Source of the DNA: a virus
IMG/VR virus record: IMGVR_UViG_3300010151_000008
Coordinates: 1-64,000 of that record
Direction: 5' to 3' (one strand)
DNA length: 64,000 bases
A program made the position numbers and the translations under genes. Positions 55,113 through 64,000 of the stretch are shown here, piece after piece. The notes under the pieces are model-generated. The model was not told the DNA's origin, did not search any database, and saw only the letters and a list, made by a program, of their open reading frames with translations. Within the stretch, counting starts at the first letter, position 1; every line of letters begins with the position of its first letter.

Positions 55113-56087
55113 ATGGTAGCTTTTTTTAACAAGAAAGAGGATGTAATTGATCTCCAACTCACCGGGTACGGGAAGCTTCTTTTGGCTCAGGGTACATTTA
55201 AACCTTCGTATTATGCTTTCTTTGACGATGATATATTGTATGATTCAGAGTGCGGAGGGTTTGCGGAGATTCAAAATAATGCAGAAGTGAGAATCCAAGA
55301 AGAGACTCCATCCTGCAAGGTGGTGGCCAACATCGTAGGCGCCGAAACTCGTGTGAATGCTTTCGTTGAGGGGGTTGCTTCGAATTTAAACATTATTAAC
55401 ACTGTGCCATCCGATGACCCCAATATAGCCTTTGCTTTTAATCAGCAGCAGCTGTTCGAAGAAAAAGTAGATCTTTTATACGATCCTCTCGGGAATAGCG
55501 CGCTATCGTCCGATAAAGCCCCCGCCTGGAAAGTGACGGCGCTCCATAACGAGATCGACAGTACTACGGTTACAACGCTAAGCACTGCCGGCCGTCTCCC
55601 GGACCATTCTGGGCGTGGCATAGTACAAAATATACCTCAAATTAATATAGAAATAGATTATGAAACTTTTTTCAGTGAGGGTCCCCCGACTGTCGCCACA
55701 GTTAGCCCTCTTCTTAACGATACTTTATATCTGTCGGTCAATAGAGACTATTTAGTAATAGAGGTGTTGGAAGAAAATACTGATTTCCTTAAAGAGAACT
55801 TCGATATAGAGGTGTTTTATTCTGGAACCTTGGCCACGACCCTAACACCACCAACGTCAGAGAATATTCAAATGTCATTTATGGAAGCATACAGCGAGGC
55901 CTTCCCGCAGCCGGTGACCGCCGAAGTTCAAACTCCGAATGTGGAATATTATATGGATGTCCTTTTAGATGATGAATTGCCTTCGGGGGTGGTAAACGAG
56001 CTGAATCTGCCAAACACTCGTACTTCGTCCGGACGCCTCCGGCTCAATATGAATCTTTACAAGACTCCCGATGAGGGGTGCTGTTAA
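55113..56087 (+). CDS. Tail/baseplate structural protein
   Basis: IDLQLTGYGKLLLAQG...YAFFDDDILY N-terminal motif shared with 62991..63953. Confidence 0.65.
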   Translation: MVAFFNKKEDVIDLQLTGYGKLLLAQGTFKPSYYAFFDDDILYDSECGGFAEIQNNAEVRIQEETPSCKVVANIVGAETRVNAFVEGVASNLNIINTVPSDDPNIAFAFNQQQLFEEKVDLLYDPLGNSALSSDKAPAWKVTALHNEIDSTTVTTLSTAGRLPDHSGRGIVQNIPQINIEIDYETFFSEGPPTVATVSPLLNDTLYLSVNRDYLVIEVLEENTDFLKENFDIEVFYSGTLATTLTPPTSENIQMSFMEAYSEAFPQPVTAEVQTPNVEYYMDVLLDDELPSGVVNELNLPNTRTSSGRLRLNMNLYKTPDEGCC

Positions 56088-59002
56088 TGGTGGCCATAAG
56101 CCCATATTCCCTAAACGGTATCTTTCCTGAAATTTTCGTAGAGAAAATATTTTTAGAGCCTCCCTCCGACAATCTGGAGAGCGCTAAATTAGATATTCGA
56201 ATTAATTTTTCTTTACAAAGAGCGAAACAGAAGACCCCATGGTATTTGGATGATGGATTAAAGGGTCGCCTTAAAATATTTGTATGCTTCGTAGCGGATG
56301 AAAAGCTGGCGAGGAAGCTGACTGTTCCGAGAAGGCTCCGTCGCGAAATGCTAAGTACAAAATTTAATCCGGCCTTAATCAAAACTCATATTGGCATGGA
56401 AAAAGCTATCGTACCCCCCTATGCGGAAGTTTCGAGCGACTCCACTCAGATTTTAGATTCGAAGAATGCCTATGCGGTTGAAAGTTTACGCTATAGTATT
56501 AAAACATCTATAAAGAAGAACGCCAACTATCTCTCTTGCATACTAATACCTTATCTGACATCGCCGCAGTCTTCGGTCCCCTCGGGTGTGTCCCCCGATG
56601 CTCCAATCCAAATGGGCAATATGTGTATCGAGGGAATTTTTAATCAGAAAGAGGTTCTATCGAATAGTTTTATTTTTACACTTACTGAGGGGATGGATAA
56701 CTTTGGCAAAGCGGGCGAAGTATGGATCGGCCCCGTGCATTATAATCACACCATGGGTTTTATGGCCGGCCCATCTCATACCGAGACGAGCCACCCTTCT
56801 TTAAAAGCACAGCTGGTAGCCAATAAAAAAATTCTAGACTTAAGATTCCAAAAACACTTTAGAGGATCTCTGATCAATGCTCAAAACAATGAGATAGCAG
56901 GCGCCATCAACGAGGCGATTTCATCGAAGCTGCTTAAGCGAGAAAAAGACAGCAACATAAACTATTTTTCACCACTGTGTATGTCCCGCAATAAAAACAA
57001 TACCACAGATTTAATACTGGGGTTTAATATAGTCCAGGCAGTTGAAAACTTAACTAGATATCCGTATCTGTATCATACAGCCGCAGAACTTAGATCTGCC
57101 ATCATTTTAAATGACGTCGAAGTTTATCGCAAGAGGGTTACAAACCCATCTGTGGGGAATCGCCTGACACCTTCTCCAATTTTTAATCGGCCTATAGAAA
57201 CAGATCAGCCCGACGAACTGGTTGGCAGTATATCGAACGGCAAATTAAAAGTTTTGAATTATTCAGTAGACGAAAAAATAATGCATTTTGTAGTACGTGA
57301 TGAAGGGATGCAAGCTATAGCTGAGGGTGAATATCAATATGGTATCAGTATTAAGTTTACCGACAATACGACTGTCAAGTTAAGGTCCGCACTGAAGGCT
57401 ATGAGAAGGAGCCTACAAGGATATAAAAAATATGTACAGTTGGCCCAAGACCCCAACGTTTATGATTTTCCTACCAATCAGTTTAAGCAAAGGTATATAA
57501 CAAAGTTATACAGTGACTCTAAAGCGTGGTCGGATTTAGTAAATAAATACATTGCCATAGTTTTGTTGGTCTTCGGTAGATCGGCTTTTGTTCAGTATAG
57601 TATTCCGAGATGGCAAAGAAATCTACTCAACATGACTGATCCTCGATCAGCTAGTATCGAATCTATTCTAGAGTTTGAGGGGTTTGCTATAAGCTTGGTA
57701 GAGAAGCTGTCATCCATCACGGGGAAAGCGGCCATAAGTAATGCGGACGAACAGCCAGACGTTGGTTCCAGGGTGAGGTCTAGTGGACCTTCTGGAGCGC
57801 TATTGGAAATTAAGCACGATTTTATGACCCCGTATGAAGCAAAAGATAAAAACGATCGCGGCGTGAGATACTTCAACTCCAGAGAGAACTCATCCGAACT
57901 TCTAAATATCAGTTATTCAGACTGGGCCCGAAGAGTACAGCGTGAGTCGACAATGTTTTCTTCTACTTCCCCCCAGGCTAGGTCAATACAGAGGAACGGC
58001 TTTTTAACCCCCTATGCACTAGAAACACCAAATCAGAGTATCGGCGTACGTCAAAACATGAATTCTGAAGATTCGTTGGCGATCCTGAATGCTAAATTAA
58101 ACCCATACAGAGAAGATTTCGGGCCTAGAAATTTAGGACCCAGCGTAATCATGGCTCTGAAACAACAGCTGATGGGGTATAGAGGAGTAAGTATTGAGGG
58201 TCTTAAACAAAATATAGCAGAATATAAGGATCGATCTAGCAAAAAAATTGATTTATATGATAGTGCAAATGTGGTGGGAGAAAGATCTCATTTTGTTCCA
58301 GACGAAGACCACATGGACAGTGTTAGCGGAAGTCATATAGCAGTGTGGACGGGTACGAATAGTATAGAAGAATCTGTTCTTAATTCAGATTTAGCTACTG
58401 ATATATTAAATGAAATTAGTTTAAATTTTATGCCTCTAGAAGCTACGTCATTAGACCAGATAGCGGGTTCGTATGCGGCACAAAAACTAAGACAGGCGCC
58501 TGAAATTGTACAAGAGTCTAACGCATTCGAATTCAATGTAAATTATAACACAGAAGCGGTAGTTCAAGTTTTGAGTGGTTACCGGGAGATTGACGGCGAA
58601 TCATATGTAATAGCTCCACAGTGGACATCTTTGGGGACCACCTCTTTGGAATCGTTAGCGAAGGGCGGTTTTTTGGTGTGCCGGCTGCGCCGCGTGAACA
58701 CTATCACCGGTCAACAAAATGCTTATGAGTTGCCGGTGTATAATGAATATTTTATTTTAGGAGAGCCGCCGTCTCTTTCATCTAATTTGCCATCACCAGG
58801 ATTTTCTACCAATATCCATTCTTACGCGACCGTTCTGCAAGACGAGATGAGCCGAGCAACTATTAATCGAGGTAATCAAGAATTACCAATTGCATACTTA
58901 AAATCGACCGCAATGATTAGTTTGAACGCTCCGGCAATAAAGCGCCGAGCTAAAGCCAGATCTCTTCAAAAAACATCTCGGGGAGTAGTTACTAGAAAAT
59001 GA
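56087..59002 (+). CDS. Large putative virion protein
   Basis: About 970 aa; TAATG coupling; FN3-like segment VEVYRKRV...D...GEYQYGI. Confidence 0.7.
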   Translation: MVAISPYSLNGIFPEIFVEKIFLEPPSDNLESAKLDIRINFSLQRAKQKTPWYLDDGLKGRLKIFVCFVADEKLARKLTVPRRLRREMLSTKFNPALIKTHIGMEKAIVPPYAEVSSDSTQILDSKNAYAVESLRYSIKTSIKKNANYLSCILIPYLTSPQSSVPSGVSPDAPIQMGNMCIEGIFNQKEVLSNSFIFTLTEGMDNFGKAGEVWIGPVHYNHTMGFMAGPSHTETSHPSLKAQLVANKKILDLRFQKHFRGSLINAQNNEIAGAINEAISSKLLKREKDSNINYFSPLCMSRNKNNTTDLILGFNIVQAVENLTRYPYLYHTAAELRSAIILNDVEVYRKRVTNPSVGNRLTPSPIFNRPIETDQPDELVGSISNGKLKVLNYSVDEKIMHFVVRDEGMQAIAEGEYQYGISIKFTDNTTVKLRSALKAMRRSLQGYKKYVQLAQDPNVYDFPTNQFKQRYITKLYSDSKAWSDLVNKYIAIVLLVFGRSAFVQYSIPRWQRNLLNMTDPRSASIESILEFEGFAISLVEKLSSITGKAAISNADEQPDVGSRVRSSGPSGALLEIKHDFMTPYEAKDKNDRGVRYFNSRENSSELLNISYSDWARRVQRESTMFSSTSPQARSIQRNGFLTPYALETPNQSIGVRQNMNSEDSLAILNAKLNPYREDFGPRNLGPSVIMALKQQLMGYRGVSIEGLKQNIAEYKDRSSKKIDLYDSANVVGERSHFVPDEDHMDSVSGSHIAVWTGTNSIEESVLNSDLATDILNEISLNFMPLEATSLDQIAGSYAAQKLRQAPEIVQESNAFEFNVNYNTEAVVQVLSGYREIDGESYVIAPQWTSLGTTSLESLAKGGFLVCRLRRVNTITGQQNAYELPVYNEYFILGEPPSLSSNLPSPGFSTNIHSYATVLQDEMSRATINRGNQELPIAYLKSTAMISLNAPAIKRRAKARSLQKTSRGVVTRK

Positions 59003-61635
59003 CTGGTTTACTTGATAAGTTAATTATAGTTCAGCCGTCCTCGGTTGGAAGAAATTGGAAATATGTGGTCACCACTGGCCTTCGCCACCCATTCATTAAG
59101 ACTGCCGCGCAGTGGCAGCTGCCCGATAAATTCTTGGCCTCTCTCGGAAAGTACTGGACCACAACCCTTACTGGAAAATTCGAAAGGATGGCTGCGCCAG
59201 GGCTCCGTTCTATGCAGTATTTTGATCCGGGCGCTACACTCGATATCGAGGAAAATCCTGATTATGGAAATGTCCTTGATGTGGAGCGCATTGGTGACGG
59301 CTCCCCCAGCGCCTCGGGGCCCCCCTCTGGCCTCGCAGATTTTTTTGAGTGGGCTCGATACGAAATTACATATAATAACCAAATCTGGAATTTATATAAT
59401 AGCTACTATGAAGCCGATCCCGACATGGTTGATCTACTCGACAAAATTTTAGCCGGGGATCCGTTTTATATAGACTATCTCCAGAATGGGATCGTGTCCT
59501 CGCAGTTGCCGGGCGCTCCATCGTTGCTGCTTTGGAAAGGAGCCTCCGCTAGTCCCAACATTCCTGCGCTGGTGGACACCCAACCACAATATTCTCAAAG
59601 AATGTTTGAACTTAACCTTCCGGCCCAAAACGACATGAACGCTAGCGCGCTGAATGTTCAGGCAATTCCAATGTATAATTATTATGTAGGCGCAGATCGG
59701 GTGAATTCATATGAGTCAGCGGTTGCAGATCTTCCCGAATCCGTTATTCCAAATTTCTATATGCTTCACTATAGTGTGGCGCCCTCCGGAGATATAATTC
59801 CTAGGTATCAAAATCAAATTACTTTTAATAGTAATGTGGGGTCTTTCGATGATCCGATAGAGGATAGGGGACAGTTTTTTTCTTCGTACGCTACGACCTT
59901 AAAAGCTCTTAAAACTGCGCGCGATGAAAACATAGTGCCGAAAGATCACCCCGACTATGCACCAAGCGACTGGTCCGTCGCCGTCGACACCCTTCGAACG
60001 CTGGGATTCAATATTGGAATATATTCTGAAAATTTATCTATTTTGGAAGGTCTTTCAACAATACCTGCAGAAGAGCGCGTCGAGTCCTCTATTACTGATA
60101 TGCCCATGTATGTAGACTTAAAGATCGATCACAACCAAAGTCTTGATATAGTATACCCCGCCTCGGTCACGCCCCAGGCAACGGATCCGACTGTGGCCCA
60201 GCTTTTAACTGAGCAAGGTCTTTATGATATGGTACTGAGTATGATAGTACAGCAAGACGTAGCACGGACCGATTATCTAGAGTGCACCATGGCGATTGAA
60301 AGATCCACGAGGACCACAACTACCGAGGGGGAAATAATTACCGATCTTCCTACTCAAATAATAAATCAGTCCCTGCACCACAATATCTTCCCCTCCTGGC
60401 AAGGCGCCCTCATGGGCGGCGATTATTGGCTCTACAGCGGACTGGACTTGGACAGCATGCTTGCCAATCCGTGGACCCTCGGGCCTTCGATCGGCAAAGG
60501 CACAAACCTAATTGATCCAGTTAATTTGGAAGCCCCGGGCATGTCTGTACCATCCGGTACCGGATCGATCACACAAGCCACCGTGAATGGTTCCTTTAAC
60601 GATTTCTATTTTTCTTCCGCCAGCCCCCTGACGGCCGGCCAACTCTTTAATAGCCTTCGCAAAAGCGACATAGGAATTATGAATCTAGACTCCGGGTACT
60701 CAGAAACATTTATGTATAAAGTTGAAAAAAGAGTTGTTGAGTCGGGTGCTTTTATCCCGCTTGATCAATTAAATGATGCCGATGGCCCGAACGGCGCGCC
60801 CTTATACCCCGTGGTACAAACCTTTTATATAGCAGTAGATCCCGATCAGGTAGAAAAGACTATAAGATATATTGACACTCAAGTTAAGTACGGGGTAGTA
60901 TATCAATATAATTTTACACAAATTCGTTTTATTCTCTCGACCCTGTACGACTACGACGATTTACAAGTTCAGACAGATTACGACGGCATGGGTCGCGCCC
61001 TCGGAAATGCCCTCGGATTTTATGTCGACGAGCAAATCGACAACCCCCCGGAAATAGATCAGTGGGACTATGTGCCGTGGGGCCAGGATACCCCGGTGGC
61101 CCTTGAGCAAGTGGGGCATCTTGTTTTGCCTTACTCGGATAATCAAGGCCCGGGCCCGAACGATCCAGATTTAAGCAATCACATGATACAACTTAAGCCT
61201 GGTTATGGTTTTAATAGTAATAACCTAGGCGGAGCCGTCACAACGGGGCCAGGTCTTAACCTCGCAGGCGCCAACGCGTCGGCCGCGGCAGACCTCTTCA
61301 AAGCCCGCGGCAATGAAGGTGTCGACCAGTTCGGGCCCGATCACTGGAAGACTGTCGAGCCCACGGAAAAACAAGAAGAAATGCTCAACCTCCTAGATAG
61401 GCTAGCCCCTGTCGGTGAGATGCATGGAGAAAAGTTACTGGAAGAAATGTTGGCCGGCCCTCTTCGTGGCCCCGGCGGAGGATTCAATTTTGGAGACCTA
61501 AACCCTAGTGTCCACCTTAGCGAGACCGACGAGATGTATGGAGAAGCGATGTCGCCAGGAGAGGTTGCCGAGGGCGGCCCCTACGAAGAAAAGGACTGGG
61601 GTCGAAGCCCGCTGTTTGACGAGGGGATTATATAA
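58999..61635 (+). CDS. Large putative virion protein
   Basis: 878 aa; YKVEK...YIDTQVKYGVVYQY FN3-like strand pattern. Confidence 0.7.
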   Translation: MTGLLDKLIIVQPSSVGRNWKYVVTTGLRHPFIKTAAQWQLPDKFLASLGKYWTTTLTGKFERMAAPGLRSMQYFDPGATLDIEENPDYGNVLDVERIGDGSPSASGPPSGLADFFEWARYEITYNNQIWNLYNSYYEADPDMVDLLDKILAGDPFYIDYLQNGIVSSQLPGAPSLLLWKGASASPNIPALVDTQPQYSQRMFELNLPAQNDMNASALNVQAIPMYNYYVGADRVNSYESAVADLPESVIPNFYMLHYSVAPSGDIIPRYQNQITFNSNVGSFDDPIEDRGQFFSSYATTLKALKTARDENIVPKDHPDYAPSDWSVAVDTLRTLGFNIGIYSENLSILEGLSTIPAEERVESSITDMPMYVDLKIDHNQSLDIVYPASVTPQATDPTVAQLLTEQGLYDMVLSMIVQQDVARTDYLECTMAIERSTRTTTTEGEIITDLPTQIINQSLHHNIFPSWQGALMGGDYWLYSGLDLDSMLANPWTLGPSIGKGTNLIDPVNLEAPGMSVPSGTGSITQATVNGSFNDFYFSSASPLTAGQLFNSLRKSDIGIMNLDSGYSETFMYKVEKRVVESGAFIPLDQLNDADGPNGAPLYPVVQTFYIAVDPDQVEKTIRYIDTQVKYGVVYQYNFTQIRFILSTLYDYDDLQVQTDYDGMGRALGNALGFYVDEQIDNPPEIDQWDYVPWGQDTPVALEQVGHLVLPYSDNQGPGPNDPDLSNHMIQLKPGYGFNSNNLGGAVTTGPGLNLAGANASAAADLFKARGNEGVDQFGPDHWKTVEPTEKQEEMLNLLDRLAPVGEMHGEKLLEEMLAGPLRGPGGGFNFGDLNPSVHLSETDEMYGEAMSPGEVAEGGPYEEKDWGRSPLFDEGII

Positions 61636-62942
61636 TGTCCGGCTTTTCAAACGGCTTCTACGGCTCCTCGCCTCAACCCGGCCTCGACGGCCTCGACCGC
61701 CCCACGGGACCTTCTTTAAATTGGTGGTTTGATATCGATGAGTATGACGAGGATATGAACTTTTTGCGCACTGTGTCTATCCCCCTCAACTTCGTTGTAA
61801 ACGAAACCCTCAGCGTTCAAGAATTTCTAAGTATAGTCCAGAACACTTTTGATGCCCATGCACTCCCCATTATCTCGGGCCGTCGCCAATATATGATTAC
61901 TGCTATAGCGGGACAACCGGCCAGCACCAACGCGGCGGTCCGCTTCAAAAACCGCGACACCACCATTCAATATAGAATCTGGAACGAGGATGAATTACCT
62001 TTTCAACTAAGATTTATGACAGGCCCTCATGGCTCCGTACCCGGGGGCGCCCCGGATAATGCTCGTGTTGATATGCAATCAGGTTATTGGCCTGAAATAA
62101 TGCAGACTCCCTATTATGCCACCCAGGCGGTAGTAATGGACCGCCCTCCTGTATCACCTCAGGTGAATATAGTTCCCTTTAAAAATATTAATAATCGGGT
62201 ATTGATTATGTTGAATAGTTCTACTGGCGAGGTTGCAGAAAAGCCATTCCCCATAGAAGACAGCGACCTGGAAGATATTAGGTTACAGTTTTTGGCCCAA
62301 GGATTGTTACCCAACAACACTGTGGCCACCAACGAACAAATAATTCAAATGGCACTTGATTCCGATTTAACATTTCGTAGTGATGACCCTTCTTACCGAT
62401 ATGAAATATACCGGACTAGGGAAGCTCCCATGAGTTATCAAGATTTCAAAGGAAAAAGAAGGGCCGATATTATAGAACATCTCGGAACTGTCGGCGGCAA
62501 TCGATATGCTACCTACGCCACCTATCTAGAGGACCTCGTGCCCAATACCAAATATTATTATTGTTTTAGGGTTATAGACGTTCACGGGCACGTTTCCAAT
62601 CCCACTGTCCCCTATGAGGTGGAAATGGTCGATAATTCGGGTCAAGTATATTTACTGTATAAAGAATACTATTTTCCAGCAGAGCAAAATCAAAACTTTA
62701 GTAAAAATGGTAGACAATATCTTTATATTGCTCCCACGTGGACGCAATCACGTTTTGATGATGCCAACACATCGATAGAGACGGTGGGTATCGATGAGGT
62801 CCCTCCTCCAAATGTGCTGGGTACTTCCGAAACTGATTCAGTTTGGAACAAAGTATTTAAGGTTCGCCTTACCAGTAAGAAGACGGGGAAGAAGATAGAT
62901 CTTAATTTAACATTTAAAAACACAGGAGTAGTTAATCCTTAG
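61635..62942 (+). CDS. Putative virion protein with fibronectin type III-like domain
   Basis: PPVSPQV...YEIYR...EDLVPNTKYYYCFRVIDVHGHVSNP. Confidence 0.7.
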   Translation: MSGFSNGFYGSSPQPGLDGLDRPTGPSLNWWFDIDEYDEDMNFLRTVSIPLNFVVNETLSVQEFLSIVQNTFDAHALPIISGRRQYMITAIAGQPASTNAAVRFKNRDTTIQYRIWNEDELPFQLRFMTGPHGSVPGGAPDNARVDMQSGYWPEIMQTPYYATQAVVMDRPPVSPQVNIVPFKNINNRVLIMLNSSTGEVAEKPFPIEDSDLEDIRLQFLAQGLLPNNTVATNEQIIQMALDSDLTFRSDDPSYRYEIYRTREAPMSYQDFKGKRRADIIEHLGTVGGNRYATYATYLEDLVPNTKYYYCFRVIDVHGHVSNPTVPYEVEMVDNSGQVYLLYKEYYFPAEQNQNFSKNGRQYLYIAPTWTQSRFDDANTSIETVGIDEVPPPNVLGTSETDSVWNKVFKVRLTSKKTGKKIDLNLTFKNTGVVNP

Positions 62943-62963
62943 GGCATGATATTGATTTAATTA

Positions 62964-62970
62964 CTATTTA
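62964..62970 (+). promoter_or_regulatory. Putative late promoter motif CTATTTA
   Basis: Intergenic, just upstream of the GAGG RBS; same CTANTTA pattern recurs before other genes. Confidence 0.45.
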
Positions 62971-62990
62971 TAGAGAGAGAGGTTGATTTT

Positions 62991-63953
62991 ATGGCATTTT
63001 TAGACAATTCAGGAGATATTATATTGGACGCGGTTTTAACAGACACGGGTCGAATGCGTCTTGCTCGCGGCGATGGAAGTTTCCGAATCGCAAAATTTGC
63101 ATTAGGAGATGACGAAATAGATTATGGTTTATTTGATAAACTTAACGTCAACGGGTCAGAATACTATGACCTTCAGTGCTTACAAACTCCAGTTCTAGAA
63201 GCGTTTACAAACAACACTTCTCTCCTCAATTCTAAATTAATTACAATTAGCAACAACATGACATGGTATTTACCAATCATTAAGTTGTTTAATCAGGGTT
63301 CCTCAACGCTTTATAATGGCACACATTTTATTGTATTGGCTGATCAAACGACGGTAGATCAGATCACCCTTGCGGGGACAGTTCAGCTGGTGGCCGATGG
63401 AATACTCAATGGCGCCACCGTCGGCGGTTCTCAAATGCAAATCACAACAGATCAAGGATTGGATACTGCCAATATTACACCAGATACTCCGCTGAATCCG
63501 GAGTTGGTGGAAACTGCCTATATTGTTGAAATGGATAATCGTCTAGGAAAACTATTTCCGGGCATCACTGGCCAGGGCACCAATCCGGCTGCAGCCTCGC
63601 TGAGTCCTCTTTCTTATTCTTTCATAGATGATGATTCTGTGGCTAGCTATTATATCTCAATGCGACGAGCTGGCCTTATAAGTACGATTGCGACCGGTCT
63701 CGGAATTAATTCATCGATTCTCGGGCCCCGCGGAACTAGGCTTTCGTTCAGAATAGGGTCTTCTTTAGAAAATAGATCGGGGTACTACTTGTTTGACACC
63801 TTTGGTAACGTGGGAACAACCACCATTACCAATGACACCGTCAACCTCGTCGCCGGGACATATAAATACATTGACTCAACCATACGTGTTTCGGGAGTAT
63901 CTACTGGATATAGAATAGATATACCTGTAAGATACGTGAAATATATATTATAA
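62991..63953 (+). CDS. Tail/baseplate structural protein
   Basis: ILDAVLTDTGRMRLARG...KFALGDDEIDY motif. Confidence 0.7.
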   Translation: MAFLDNSGDIILDAVLTDTGRMRLARGDGSFRIAKFALGDDEIDYGLFDKLNVNGSEYYDLQCLQTPVLEAFTNNTSLLNSKLITISNNMTWYLPIIKLFNQGSSTLYNGTHFIVLADQTTVDQITLAGTVQLVADGILNGATVGGSQMQITTDQGLDTANITPDTPLNPELVETAYIVEMDNRLGKLFPGITGQGTNPAAASLSPLSYSFIDDDSVASYYISMRRAGLISTIATGLGINSSILGPRGTRLSFRIGSSLENRSGYYLFDTFGNVGTTTITNDTVNLVAGTYKYIDSTIRVSGVSTGYRIDIPVRYVKYIL

Positions 63954-63966
63954 TAGGGTATAAAAG

Positions 63967-64000
63967 ATGGCAACGACATTTAAAACACTAACCAACAAAG
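63967..64000 (+). CDS. 5' end of next structural gene (truncated)
   Basis: ATG GCA ACG ACA TTT AAA ACA CTA (MATTFKTL...) is open to the window end. Confidence 0.55.
   Translation, partial: MATTFKTLTNK

Noticed and set aside
2366-63979. All minus-strand ORFs in the track, including the 222-aa ORF 38636..39304 and the 164-aa ORF 40552..41046
   Set aside because: They lie antisense to long, motif-bearing + strand genes, and I saw no recognisable motifs in them. They are best explained as shadow ORFs.
1-64000. Alternative genetic code (stop-codon reassignment), as in some large phages
   Set aside because: ORFs up to 3181 aa are intact in code 11, coding density is high, and TAA, TAG and TGA all terminate genes at sensible positions.

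Overview
This window is a 64-kb segment of a large (probably jumbo), T4-like/myovirus-type dsDNA bacteriophage genome. All credible genes are on the + strand, densely packed, with many TAATG/ATGA/GTGA stop-start overlaps and the standard genetic code. It has four blocks. (1) 1-14.4 kb is a mixed accessory region: acidic putative head proteins, a ligase-like/HxGH nucleotidyltransferase fusion, a complete tmRNA (tag ANNADYDLALAA), a SpoU methyltransferase, a QueF homologue lacking the catalytic cysteine, a tRNA-Asn(GTT) lying inside the 5' end of a lipoprotein ORF, PIN-PhoH, three HEXXH metallopeptidase-like proteins and a PD-(D/E)XK nuclease. (2) 14.4-28.3 kb is a roughly 16-gene glycan synthesis and decoration cluster (glycosyltransferases, gmd, WbpB/WbpE/WbpD-like enzymes, methyltransferases, sulfotransferases, a deacetylase). 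(3) 28.3-30.1 kb contains a gp55-like late sigma factor. (4) 30.1-64 kb is a baseplate/tail module (gp25, gp6, a 3181-aa LamG protein, a 2144-aa protein). The most striking candidate new system is three tandem paralogues that share a ~170-aa gp5/VgrG OB-fold-like N-terminal domain but each carry a different cell-wall enzyme (transglycosylase-like, phage tail lysozyme, SGNH esterase), directly upstream of a spike-like gene with an HxH tip. All family assignments come from motifs recognised by eye; no database search was run.
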